Part shown: positions 43,524-56,552 of the stretch, in pieces
How positions within the stretch are numbered: the stretch's first letter is position 1
Layout of the letters: the number at the start of each line of letters is the position of its first letter
Source: Eledone cirrhosa
Taxonomy: Eukaryota
Reading direction: 5' to 3'
Assembly: GCA_964016885.1 (NCBI GenBank)
Contig: OZ024741.1
Span: 175,522,001-175,586,000 of the forward strand
Length of the DNA stretch: 64,000 nt
Translations under genes and position numbers: made by a program
The notes under the pieces: generated by a model
Databases searched by the model: none
Seen by the model: only the letters and a program-made list of their open reading frames with translations
What the model was told of the DNA's origin: nothing

Positions 43524-44120
43524 TTTCTGAATTTGTTTAGCAAGATTCTTTATCTGAAAACGTGTGTTGAAACCGATATTGTTATACTTTGGGAGGGTCA
43601 TCTTGCCAATAAGATACACACGCACCTAATGCTTTCACTCCAATTTATTATAAATTAAATTATAAATTAAACATTTTTTATAAATTTCCGGTTGGTTGGT
43701 TGGTTCCACAACCGGACGGTTGTTCATATATTGTCAAAGTTCTTTCGTTACACATTCTTTGACCTCATCAGTGACCGGGGATTCTTTTCTTTGTTTTGTG
43801 CCTCTCCTTTGTTCTGTCCTACGCCATCTTGTTTTTGTGTGTGTTGTGTGCTTAGTTTGCGCATGTGTTACATCCGGGTGCCGGTGTGTGTTTTTATTTG
43901 TTTATTTATTTGTTTATTTACATATTACTAGTTGGTTGGTTGTTCTGTATGTGTGTGTGTGTTTTTATTTTGTCCTTAATTGTAAGTTGTTATGTTGCTA
44001 TTTCATTCATGTTTTCTATTTAATTTTGGTTGGAGTTCATTCATGTTTATTGCCTCTGTGATTTGTCTAAACATTACGTCTTTTCTGTGTGTAGATTTTA
44101 TTTTTATTTCTATGTCTCAT
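43520..44120 (-). mobile_element. Naiad-like PLE 3' fragment (GIY-YIG C-terminus plus pLTR with HHR at 43733-43775)
   Basis: Minus-strand DIEIKIKSTHRKDVMFRQITEAINMNELQPKLNRKHE* aligns with NIEIRIISKHRNDPADRQIREASEIEIRRPKLNRKNEW of the 49-51 kb PLE; HHR GTCA-CTGATGA..GAAA-GAAC-TT-TGAC. Confidence 0.88.
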
Positions 44121-44178
<58 letters not shown>

Positions 44179-44179
44179 A

Positions 44180-44645
44180 AGGCAGTGGATTGGCAGTATC
44201 GGTAGAGAGTCGGACGCCATGCTTTATGATCTGAGTTCAAATCCCGCCGAGGTTAACTTTGCCTTTCATCCTTACGGGGTCGATAAAATAAAGTACCAGT
44301 AATACACTGAGATAATTGCTGGCCTTGTGCCCAAAGTAGAAACAATTAATTATATATATATATATTAACCTTATACCAGCTGTAGTGGAGCAGAGTTTTG
44401 ATGATTTACCCAACATCATCTTGTCATTCTGTGTTTCATTATTTTCATTGGTCCCGGGGTGGTGGATTGGCAGTATCGGTAGAGGGTCGAACGCCATGCT
44501 TTGCAGCAAAGATTTACGGCCTTTATGATCTGAGTTCAAATCCCATCGAGGTTAATTTTGCCTTTCATCTTTACGGGGTCGATAAAATAAAGTACCAGTA
44601 ATGTACTGAGTAATTGCTGGCCTTGTGCCAATAGTAGAAACAATG
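44180..44645 (+). mobile_element. Two SINE family A copies (44180-44348 and 44460-44645)
   Basis: Both carry the family A head, B-box, central block and tail. Confidence 0.85.
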
Positions 44646-45847
44646 TCTGTGATGTATAAATCATTGTAATAGTCGCGTCTGAAGCACTTTTAATTATGTG
44701 TATGTTCGACGAATGTTAACCTTGGACTAAACAACAGCGGAATTAATTCAGTGGATGTTAAAGACCAAGGAGTTGAACTCAGTAATTTGAACATGTAATA
44801 TGGCTTATTCGAGGTGAACTCTAGTTGTACTGAATAACGAAAGCTTCCGGCGTCTGAGTGATAACAGCGATTTACAAATTAATGACAATATTTGATGTCT
44901 GTCTTAATTTAATTCTCAACTACGAAATCAAACAGAACTTCTATATTTGTCCGATAGTCAAATAACAAAACTAAAGACGAAAACAACCACACTGCGTTGC
45001 ATTGTTAATAAAGAATATTTCCTGCCATTTTAAATCTTTCTTGTGTCTCTCCCAATAATTATAGCTTTATGAAAGCTGGCGTCTTTCATTCCAATATCTC
45101 GAATAACGAAATATTTCAACTTCTTTGAACTGCTCGTCTAAGCAATATTTGGAAATTTCTTGCAATAGCTCTATAAAGTTAATCAACCATAATACGCCAT
45201 GTGTGCTTGTATATTTATACATATCTGCGCCTGTAATACTTTAGAAATTACACAAACAAACATACAGTTAATGCATTTCTTCATCAGACATGTTGCTATT
45301 ATAATATACGAAGGCGTGCGCACACATACACCCCCCCCCCTCCCATATATATATATCCACCATATATATATATATAATCGAAGAAATGGATGAAAGAGAA
45401 GCAAGCCGTTAAAATATATTTATAAGAAGCTCTTACACATGTTACGCCCACGTTCGGCTCCTCAGAGGCTCAGAAGAAAATACAGGGTTTAATTAGGAAC
45501 CCTGAATGGGTATGAGTACGATTTTAACATCGAAATTCATATCTCGGTGTTACAAAGTTAGATGTTTATGTTTGTGAACAAAGGGGAATAAATCCGGTGC
45601 TATTTGGAATTATCTGCTAAATTTCCGTCTACTATTACAAAATATTTATTTATTCCCCTACGTCTAGTTACTACGTGGTAATTTAATTATGCTTTGTCAA
45701 GCCAATTTGCAGAGGCACAGTGAAGGTATGAATGTGAGTGTTCAATAATATTAAGGTCGATGAAACTTATGCACCGCTTTAAATTACTATGAAGCTGCAA
45801 TTTCAACATAGGTTTAAACGCCGAGAAATGTGTGTATATATATATAT

Positions 45848-46067
45848 TTGTGTGTGTGTTTGTCTGTGTGTGAGAGAGAGTTTGTCTGTGTCTGTGTGCG
45901 GAGCTTCCAGTCGGATATCTGTGTGTGTGTTTGTCTGTGTGTGTGAGAGAGAGAGAGTTTGTCTGTGTCTGTGTGCGGAGCTTCCAGTCGGATATCTGTG
46001 TGTGTGTGTTTGTCTGTGTGTGAGAGAGTTTGTCTGTGTCTGTGTGCGGAGCTTCGAGTCGGATATT
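45848..46067. repeat. About 70-bp minisatellite, 3 copies
   Basis: Unit ..GAGAGTTTGTCTGTGTCTGTGTGCGGAGCTTCCAGTCGGATAT. Confidence 0.9.
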
Positions 46068-46189
46068 GTTGCCTTCTCAGACGTTGTATCTACGATGACC
46101 TGAAATTTAAGATTGGTCCGTTAGAAAATGAATACACAGTGACCCAAAACGTTCGCGGGGATAGATTTCTTTGAGCCACCATATATATG

Positions 46190-46267
46190 TACAGGGTGTC
46201 CCAAAAAATATATACATACTTCAACAGCATTCCAATCAAAGTGTGTATACACTTTGTTGGGACAACT

Positions 46268-46271
<4 letters not shown>
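46190..46271. mobile_element. Tc1/mariner-type mini-MITE (TIRs only)
   Basis: TACAGGGTGTCCCAAAAAA.. / ..TTTGTTGGGACAACTTGTA imperfect TIRs flanked by TA. Confidence 0.7.
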
Positions 46272-46311
<40 letters not shown>

Positions 46312-46316
46312 CATAC

Positions 46317-46620
46317 ATTGTTATACTTTGGTGAATAACAATAAGATGATGTAGGATAGAACAAAGGAGAGACACACAGAATAAACACCTAGTCACTAAA
46401 GAAGTCACAGAAAGTGTGACGAAATGGCTTTGACAATATATAAACAACCTTCAGTTTATCGAACCAATCAACCTACCGGAAACTTATAATAAATTGAAGT
46501 GAAAAACCAACAGGTACGTGTGTTTTTATTGGCAACATGACCCTCCCTAAGTATAACAATATCTGTTTCAACACTCGTTGTCAGATAAGAAATCTCGCAA
46601 AACAAATTCGAAAAGGAATT
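46317..46620 (+). mobile_element. Naiad-like pLTR fragment with mutated HHR (46392-46434)
   Basis: Same family as 43520-44120; the core reads CTAAAGA (G5 lost); stem II GTCAC/GTGAC is intact. Confidence 0.8.
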
Positions 46621-47596
46621 ATATATATATATGTGGCATTTAATGTTAATTGTTAGTATAATAGGAATTCATACGTGGTAAATACATCCATACCCGTGTC
46701 ATTCCTTTACCCGTATGTTTGTTTAACGCCACCTAATATCACTACTTTCCTCTTCAATTCACCTTACGTAATTCTACCTAAACTTACCTACTGTTTTATA
46801 GGAGGGAAGGTTTCGTCGAAAATTGCTATAAATAATTACTTTGACTATCAATCCCTGTGTGATAAAACAGTGTACAGACATTAAAAAAAATCATTTACAC
46901 ATTCTCACACACTCATAAATATACTCACCCATAAATATATATACTCGTATATATCTATCTGTCTGTCTGTTCCACCCCCTCTCTCTCTCAATATATATAT
47001 ATATATATATATAAATAGTTGAAAGGTTCTATTGATTAGAGCTGAAATATGGTTATTGTTTTCATGAATGTTGATACTTCTGGTTTCAAATTTGCATGCA
47101 TGTTAGCGTGTGAATTCACAAGTTACATGGATGGTTATCTTTCATTGCTTCAAAGATAACGATGCATATAAGTGCCCGTTTTAACAAATCTAGCATTTCG
47201 TTCCTTCTTTCTTTTCTTCTCTTCACTTATTCTTTCGTCTTTTCTCTCTCTTCCCCAGTCTTCCCTTTGCTCTTGCTTGTCACCTCCGCCGCGCCCGAAC
47301 TTGCTGTCCTTTCTAGCGGCGACTTGTTGTCGAATGGACGCATCCTAACACTCTCCGATCTGTCTATCTATTTCGTTCGTTTTATCAAGCATACATCATA
47401 CCAGCAGAAATATTTATTTTATGTTGCATGAGCGGGCAATTTTATGGATTACTTTCAAGTTAAATCGTGCAAAACTACATCCGGTATGACAGCTGAAGAT
47501 GTCAGATGATGTTTGTGCGATCTTGTCTCATTCATTTTCTTCCTTTGCTCCCCTATTCCTATCAATTTTGGCCCCTGATTTCTGTCCTTTGAGGTA

Positions 47597-47953
<357 letters not shown>

Positions 47954-47988
47954 ATTTACCTCAAAGGAGAGCCCTGGTTTTCTGTTGA

Positions 47989-48070
47989 GCTCTGCTGATG
48001 AATGATATTCCAACCGTGACCATCTCCACTGAAAGTTTTCATGAAATAGTCTTTTAAGACTATACAGAGC
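47989..48070 (+). ncRNA. Type I hammerhead ribozyme (retrozyme copy 1)
   Basis: Stem I GCTCTG/CAGAGC; CTGATGA 47995-48001; stem II ATGA/TCAT with a 33-nt loop; GAAA 48043-48046; stem III TAGTCTT-tt-AAGACTA; AUA triplet, cleavage after 48064. Confidence 0.9.
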
Positions 48071-48617
48071 ATTTGATGTTATTCCAAATTGAAGGATAAG
48101 TGTTTCAAACTTTGTTTTATCATGAGTTAAAGGTCTATAGATTTTTCCATGGATTTTACTAAATTCTGTGGATGAATTTGTATCCTGATTCTCTTTTGAG
48201 ATGAGTTTGAGTTATTTTTCCTAAATCTTTCGTTAACTACTTTTCCCATCTTGACGTTATAGTCGCATATATGTTATAGAATGCCGTTAGCTTCTTGCTA
48301 AAACAATCTCTATACGTCTCATTTATATTTATACTCGGATTCTTTTCCTAGAGTGCTTAAACTATCTGTGACTAATCCCGGTTTTTTTCATAAAAACTGT
48401 GATAATTATTGCTATTTTGCTGAACTCCTTGTAGAGTTTTTTTCAGAATGTATTTGACTGCTATTTCTTGTAAATAAACATTCACTTCCATCCTGACGTC
48501 ACTAGCCCCGTTTTTTCCTCATGTGCTTTTTCATAAATACACATGAAGGCGAACTAGCCAGTTTTAGAATTCCCTTTTTCGGACTATATTACTGTGAGAG
48601 CCCTGGTTTTCTGTTGA

Positions 48618-48699
48618 GCTCTGCTGATGAATGATATTCCAACCGTGACCATCTCCACTGAAAGTTTTCATGAAATAGTCTTTTAAGACTATACAGAGC
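48618..48699 (+). ncRNA. Type I hammerhead ribozyme (retrozyme copy 2)
   Basis: Identical to copy 1; CTGATGA 48624-48630; cleavage after 48693, 629 nt from the first site. Confidence 0.9.
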
Positions 48700-48949
48700 A
48701 TTTGATGTTATTCCAAATTGAAGGATAAGTGTTTCAAACTTTGTTTTATCATGAGTTAAAGGTCTATAGATTTTTCCATGGATTTTACTAAATTCTGTGG
48801 ATGAATTTGTATCCTGATTCTCTTTTGAGATGAGTTTGAGTTATTTTTCCTAAATCTTTCGTTAACTACTTTTCCCATCTTGACGTTATAGTCGCATATA
48901 TGTTATAGAATGCCGTTAGCTTCTTGCTAAAACAATCTCTATACGTCTC

Positions 48950-48995
<46 letters not shown>

Positions 48996-49173
48996 ATACT
49001 TGGGGAGGGTCATATTTGCGTAATATTGCCAGAATTAATAACAGAACACACTCACTGTTTGGTTGGTTTTCGCTTCTCGCTGTCTTTTATATCTGCGATC
49101 TAACTTACTCGGTCCTCAATGTTGCCATTGACTGACCGACGGTCAAAAATAATACAGATACAATATAGACACA

Positions 49174-49242
49174 AACACATATATAGTTTACATAATTTAC
49201 ATAAATCTTTCGTTGCACATCTGCAACATCGTCAGTGGTGTT
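49174..49242 (-). ncRNA. HHR in the inverted pLTR
   Basis: Reverse complement of 50814-50884. Confidence 0.7.
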
Positions 49243-49349
49243 ATATTTTTTCCTCCTGTTGTGTTGTATGTCTACGCCATTTTTTATTCAGCCTGTCTAT
49301 ATATTTATTTATTTATTTGCTTGTTTGTTTATTTTGTTTTGTCTTCTTT

Positions 49350-50552
49350 GATCTCCTTAATGAAAGCTCCATAGACCTCATCATGTACTCTCGTTATGTA
49401 CACGATATCAATATAGTTATAAGAAAACCCCCACTAGAGAGCACTAACAAGTTTGATTTAGAACGTAGCACGATGGAAAGCATCCAGCAGATAGCTAATT
49501 CCATACACCAGAGTATAACTGTAACTATCGACTTCCCTTCCAAACACCCTAACAATAGACTACCTGTATTAGACACAGAACTCTGGATTAGCACTATAGA
49601 CGAGAGAGCCCAAATTCTCCACTCACACTATGCTAAACACATGGCCTCCAAATACCTGATACTCAAAAACTCAGCAATGTCCAGTAGTGCTAAGTTTAAT
49701 ATTCTGATCGCAGATTTGGTACGAGTGATAAAGAATGTGTCCAGCATGTGCGACCCAACAGAAATGGAAAGACACATCCAACACTTCATCAACCGCATGC
49801 AGTTCTCTGGCTACAACCAAAGAGACAGAGTCAGAGTATACGAAGGAGCCATGGAAAAGTATAAGACCCTCATAGAACTGGACATGAAAGGAATTTGCCC
49901 ACTATACAGGAGCAAATCATGGAATAGCTTAGATAGGGCTAGACATAAGATAGGGAAGGCCACATCATGGTACGACAACCAGAGATATCAGAGTGTCATG
50001 TTTGTAGACGCCACCCCTGGAGGGAAATTAGCTAACCAGTGTAGAAAGGCCATGAGAAAGACCCACTTAAAAATAAAGGTGGTAGAAAAGCCAGGAACCA
50101 CCATAAAATCCCTGATCAGCAAAACCTACCCTTTTAAGAAAACCCACTGTACCAATAGGAAATGTATCATATGTAAGGTGAAGCCCCGGATAAACTGTAA
50201 AACTAGAAACGTAGTCTATAGCATAAGATGTACAGAGGGTACTTGCAGAAACATGACAACAACATACATAGGTGAGACAGCTCGTAGCATAGGTGAAAAG
50301 ATAGACCAACACTGGGGGGAACTAAAAGGACGAAAAAACAGGTCAGTACTGTACGAACATGCTAGACAACAACATCACAGTAACATAGACAACATAGAAA
50401 TTAGAATAATATCTAAACATAGGAATGACCCAGCAGATAGGCAAATCAGAGAGGCCAGTGAAATAGAAATTAGAAGACCAAAGCTAAACAGAAAGAATGA
50501 GTGGAACAATAACAACACCCAAACAAACAACACTGACCTAAGAGAAGTATAA
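49350..50552 (+). pseudogene. PLE RT C-terminus/thumb, Cys-rich linker and GIY-YIG endonuclease (truncated)
   Basis: RYVHDI (YVDD motif with D to H), LPVLDTELW, HYAKHMAS..SA, RMQFSGY, FVDATPGGKLA, VVEKPG, CTNRKCIIC, VVYSIRC..C..YIGETAR..H..H, RQIREA..PKLNRK. The first 77 or so codons of the listed ORF are inverted pLTR read-through. Confidence 0.92.
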
Positions 50553-50813
50553 ATAAGTAAATAAATAAAATAAAATAAAATAAGATAAATAAATACATAC
50601 ACAAGCACAATAACAACAAGCACATAAACACACACTAGTCACCCAGCAGACACAACACTATACACACTAGTCACACAGCACACATAACACTATACACACA
50701 CGCAAACGCATGCGCAAAGAAGACAAAACAAAATAAACAAACAAGCAAATAAATAAATATATAGACAGACTGAATAAAAAATGGCGTAGACATACAACAG
50801 GAGGAAAAAATAT

Positions 50814-50884
50814 AACACCACTGACGATGTTGCAGATGTGCAACGAAAGATTTATGTAAATTATGTAAACTATATATATGTGTT
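50814..50884 (+). ncRNA. Hammerhead ribozyme in the PLE 3' pLTR
   Basis: CTGACGA 50821-50827; t-GTTGCA(gatg)TGCAAC; GAAA 50845-50848; stem III with GU pairs; UA at 50871-50872; stem I AACAC/GTGTT with an internal loop. Confidence 0.72.
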
Positions 50885-51110
50885 TGTGCCTATATTGTAT
50901 CTGTATTATTTTTGACCGTCGGTCAGTCAATGGCAACATTGAGGACCGAGTAAGTTAGATCGCAGATATAAAAGACAGCGAGAAGCGAAAACCAACCAAA
51001 CAGTGAGTGTGTTCTGTTATTAATTCTGGCAATATTACGCAAATATGACCCTTCCCAAGTATAACAATATCTGTTTCGACACACGATTTCATATAAAAAA
51101 CCTCGCTAAA

Positions 51111-51168
<58 letters not shown>

Positions 51169-51185
51169 AATATATATATATATAA

Positions 51186-51258
<73 letters not shown>

Positions 51259-51279
51259 TAAATATATATATATATAAAT

Positions 51280-51314
<35 letters not shown>

Positions 51315-51399
51315 AATATATATATATATAAATATATATATAAATATATATATATAAATATATATATATAAATATATATATAAATATATATATATATAA

Positions 51400-51542
<143 letters not shown>

Positions 51543-51637
51543 GATATATATATATATAAATATATATATAAATATATATATATAAATATATATATAAATA
51601 TATATATATAAATATATATATATAAATATATATATAA

Positions 51638-51686
<49 letters not shown>

Positions 51687-52017
51687 GAACTCCACTTCCA
51701 GCATGGATGTGCACACATGTATTGCATGTGCATTATGCGACTTTTGATGTAACTTCCAAGGGTACCAGAAACTAATCGGTGAATTTTATCGAACATATCG
51801 TTTCTAATCAACAAGAGATGGTCCAGGTTAGTTATTCAAACTTTGTGTATTTAACGTTGTTGTGGTATATGCATCCCCACTGCCTTCGGTCATTTTTCCT
51901 CGTGTCACACTTTTTAACTGTCGTGTTTACTCTGAACAGTATTAACTTCTCGCTCAATTGAGCGCTCAAACAACTCGAATAGTACCTGCGAAATGGCTGC
52001 TGCAGCTTCGATTTACA

Positions 52018-52162
<145 letters not shown>

Positions 52163-52765
52163 ATATTCGAAAGTATAGTATTCGGGAAAATATATAGGAA
52201 AACAAAGTTGGAAATGCAATTAGATTCTTTAAGAAGGTTTATTTACAATAATTTATAACTTTACTAGTTTCACAAGTTTCATGATTTTATTTTCAAAAGT
52301 CAAGAGTGATGAAGAAATGTGTGGCTATGCCGACCCGTATCTTGCTTGTAATCGCTGTTGGGAATTTATTTCAGTTTTATACAAAAAGTGCTGCTCAGAT
52401 TGCTATATGTTTGAAGTACAATTTGACAGCCTGACGAAGAACACGTGATTAGGCATCATGTATTTTGGTAATTTCGTGCAAAAATCGAGAGTGTCTTCGT
52501 TCTTGCAGGGTTTTACAGAAAAGTGACTCAAGTTTCAAGTATAATTTCATAAGCTGAGGGTCATCAAGTCTCTAGACATCGAGTTTGGTGATACTTTTGC
52601 GCCAGGAATAACGGGAGTAAATGTGGGCAGTAGCAATTCATGCCTGCTGTATTAAATACAGTTGGTATTGTTCGTATACGGTGACAGTTGTTATTGTTTT
52701 TTGGCACCCCAAAGTTAAAAAATTCAGAAAATGTGTATGTAGTGTATGTGTGTCGTGTATGTGTG

Positions 52766-52840
<75 letters not shown>

Positions 52841-53399
52841 TGTGCTTATGTGCGCATGTGTGTGTGTATGTGCGTGTTTGTGTATTTGTGTGTGCATGTC
52901 TGTGTAGTTAGTGTTCTTTTACGTTTTTGTATAAAACAGACAGAAATTCCCAACATCAATTTGATATGTGATATAAATTGGTATAGTCAGACATATTTCC
53001 GTCTCTCTTGACTTTTGAAATTGAAACATGAAACTTTAGAAACAGGTAGAGTCATAAATTATTCTAAATAAACCTTCTTAAAGACTATAATTGCATTTTC
53101 AGATTCTTTTTCCTAGATATATACACATGTATATTTGGAAAAAGGGACTGAAATGCATTCTTTCAAATTAGTTCAAATTCTTACACATTTTAAATAAGAA
53201 CTATACTGGCTAAATTTCAAATTTTGCTATTAAACCATATTTCAATTCATTTATAACTTTTCAAATTTAACAAATACCTTGTAGGATCTGTGAATGAGAT
53301 ATCTTTCGCTTCCTAAATGATCTCGGCTTATCAACAAGACACCGTGCTCATAGTCAGTCATAACCGATGGGGTGATATTCCTTTTTCTTTTATATATAG

Positions 53400-53650
53400 C
53401 GAGGGCTCGTGACTTAATGTTTAGTGTGTTAAACTCACAATCTTAAGGTCATGGGTTCGATTTCTGGTGAAATATTTCCTTGAGCAAGATACTTTATTTC
53501 ACGTTGATGGCAAAAGATGAGCTTTAAATGTAATTCAGAGGGCTAGCCTTGACACGCTATGTACAGAGCATGTCAAGGCTGGTTTATGTAAACAGTACAC
53601 ATGTCTGAGAAATGCTTAGCCATTTTCCGACCATGCCGCTTCGTTATTCG
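53400..53650 (+). mobile_element. SINE family B-related, degraded
   Basis: GGGTTCGATTTC B-box and CCTTGAGCAAGATACTTTATTTCACGTTG. Confidence 0.65.
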
Positions 53651-54090
53651 GACAAGAGGCACTACAATGAAGGAACCAAATCAAGTTTACATAGTATTCT
53701 TATGTTATTGGTGACATATGAGTCAAACATAACTTTTACACTTCACGACACGTCTATAGCCCATAGCTAGCGTCTGAGGAAAACTCCGCTCCGCCGAAAA
53801 GCCTTGGCGGCTCTTAAATACACCATGGCTGATATTGCTCATCCTTTGTTCAGCTAAACTATGAATAAAAGCTCTATTTGGAAAATCTTGATCATGATGA
53901 ATAATATATTTATACGTATATATATATATATTATTCAACATGATCATGATGTATATATATGAAGTATTTCCGTAGGAAGGGTAAAGGAATACGAGAAAAA
54001 GATTATAATGTTGAATAATATATACATATATATATATATACATTAATAATAATAAATGTGAAGACTAAAATACATTTTATATATATATAT

Positions 54091-54178
<88 letters not shown>

Positions 54179-54703
54179 CATAGATATGTCCATACAAACA
54201 CACATACATATTAATTTTACTTTAGGCAATATAAAAGGATACTTCTGCAAGTTTTTTTACTCAGGTCGCATCGTCTGTAAAAGACAAATTAATATCAAGA
54301 AAATGTCTACCGCTCAAAATCATCAAATATTTGTCCTGTCTGATATGGTAAAAGACAAGTAAATCAATCGATAGAACTAAGTCTGCACAAATATGTTTTG
54401 ACAGACGTTAATGGGATATTGTTCTGTATTATATAATATACAAATATATACCATTTTAACGTAGCAAAGGGAAACGAGCTGTAGCAGATGTTTCCATACG
54501 ATGTGGTTTCAAATCTGACCACGGTGGGTGACAAAAATATTAATTATTCTGGGTGGATCATTTATAATGTGCCCAAACGTATTTAAGTGAATAAATTGTG
54601 CCCACCTGGTATTCCAGAAACAATTATAGCGTTGTTCAGGAAACACTATTTTACATATTATTTCAGGAAAAAAGATCATAATTGCCTTATATATATATCT
54701 ATA

Positions 54704-55025
<322 letters not shown>

Positions 55026-55049
55026 TGGCGTTTTGTGTATGATATATAT

Positions 55050-55399
55050 ATCGTTTTTGAATTTGTTTTGAGAGATTTCTTATCTGAAAAGGTGTGTTGA
55101 AACATATATTGTTATACTTTGGGAGGGTCATATTTCCAATAAAAACACACGCACCTGTCGGATTTCACTTCAATTTATTATAAATTTCCGGCTGGTTGGT
55201 TGGTTAGATAACCGGAAGGTTGTTTATATTTTGTCAAAGCTCTTTCGTCACACATTCTGTGACCTCCTCAGAGACTAGGTCCTTATTTTCTGTGTCTCTC
55301 CTTTGTTCTGTCCTGTACCATCTTGTTTTTGTGTGTCAACCAACCAACCGGAAATTTATAATAAATTGAAAACCAGCAGGTGCGTGTGTTTTTATTGGC
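55050..55399 (-). mobile_element. Naiad-like pLTR fragment with HHR (55233-55275) and a short inverted copy of its own end
   Basis: CTGAGGA-g-GTCAC(agaatgt)GTGAC-GAAA-GAGC-TT-TGAC; about 55337-55398 is an inverted copy of about 55136-55205. Confidence 0.82.
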
Positions 55400-55840
55400 T
55401 ACAGAAGGACAAAGACGGACAGAGATATGAACTCTCCCCTCAAAATATGTATGTAAAAATTAATTTTTCTTCCCCATTTTATTATTATTATTTGTATAAA
55501 TATGGAACTTAATCATATTATGCATAGCCGCAGACAATGCATATAATGCTGAAACCGGTACCATTATTAAATGCGGAAATATCCTCTTTACAAATAAATA
55601 CATGTCTTGATATAACACTGAAAGTATCTCTTCTGAAAAAATGTTTTTCCTTTCTACTATTTGTTTTTTTATATATATCAACTCGTGTGTTACTTTTCGA
55701 CATTCGATATATATATATATATATCGAACTGCAGACACTAATGTTTCTGGGTATCACCCTTCATCAGTACAACACACTGTTCACCTGCTAACTGTCAGAA
55801 CTAGTGAAAATATATGCTATTTTTTAAAATATACAGTGAC

Positions 55841-55946
55841 TGATCGGCTTGATTTGCATATTAGCAGACTGGCTGATCAGTCAGATCTGCATATTAGCAG
55901 ATCCACTGATCAGCCAGATGTGCATATCAGCAGACTGGCCAGTCAG
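55841..55946. repeat. 33-bp tandem repeat, 3 copies
   Basis: TGATC(G/A)G...GAT(T/C/G)TGCATAT(T/C)AGCAGA..... repeated three times. Confidence 0.85.
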
Positions 55947-56125
55947 TTTCCTGTATACAAGCGATAAATAGCCGGCTTTGTCACATTCAAATAAAAAAGT
56001 TTCTTCGCTCTACATGGCTGAATACAATAAATGTAATCTGAGTTTTTCGAATATTAATAATAACATTCGATTCGTTTGCAATTATACAAACAAGCCTCAT
56101 TATTATAGCCATGTTCGTAGAATGA

Positions 56126-56470
<345 letters not shown>

Positions 56471-56484
56471 CAAATTCAGAAACG

Positions 56485-56552
<68 letters not shown>

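Larger units (their letters stand above)
47967..48957 (+). mobile_element. Retrozyme-like non-coding element: 629-bp monomer in about 1.6 tandem copies
   Basis: Direct repeats 47967-48328 and 48596-48957 (362 bp, no differences noticed), each containing an HHR; no long ORF; ends in (TA)n. Confidence 0.85.
48988..51113 (+). mobile_element. 5'-truncated Penelope-like element (Naiad-like) with inverted 5' pLTR
   Basis: 48988-49350 is the reverse complement of 50715-51070; the interior encodes the RT C-terminal half and a GIY-YIG domain; both ends abut (TA)n. Confidence 0.92.

Noticed and set aside
43550-43590. Antisense HHR-like CTGAAAA..GAAA..GTT at the Naiad-like 3' terminus (possible ambisense ribozymes)
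   Set aside because: G8 is absent in every copy seen and stem II cannot form properly; better explained as a terminal hairpin.
44003-44005. In-frame TGA in a Naiad-like fragment as selenocysteine
   Set aside because: It aligns with Trp in the paralogous element, not Cys, so a TGG to TGA mutation is the simpler explanation.
47200-47380. CpG-containing segment after a pyrimidine tract as an exon
   Set aside because: No convincing donor site or recognisable peptide on either strand.
48921-48946. TCTTGCTAAA..CAA shared between the retrozyme 3' end and a Naiad-like 3' end
   Set aside because: Short, AT-rich and not conserved in the 16.9-kb retrozyme copy.
52431-52505. CTGACGA followed by a hairpin
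   Set aside because: Lacks GAAA and a cleavage triplet in the right geometry.
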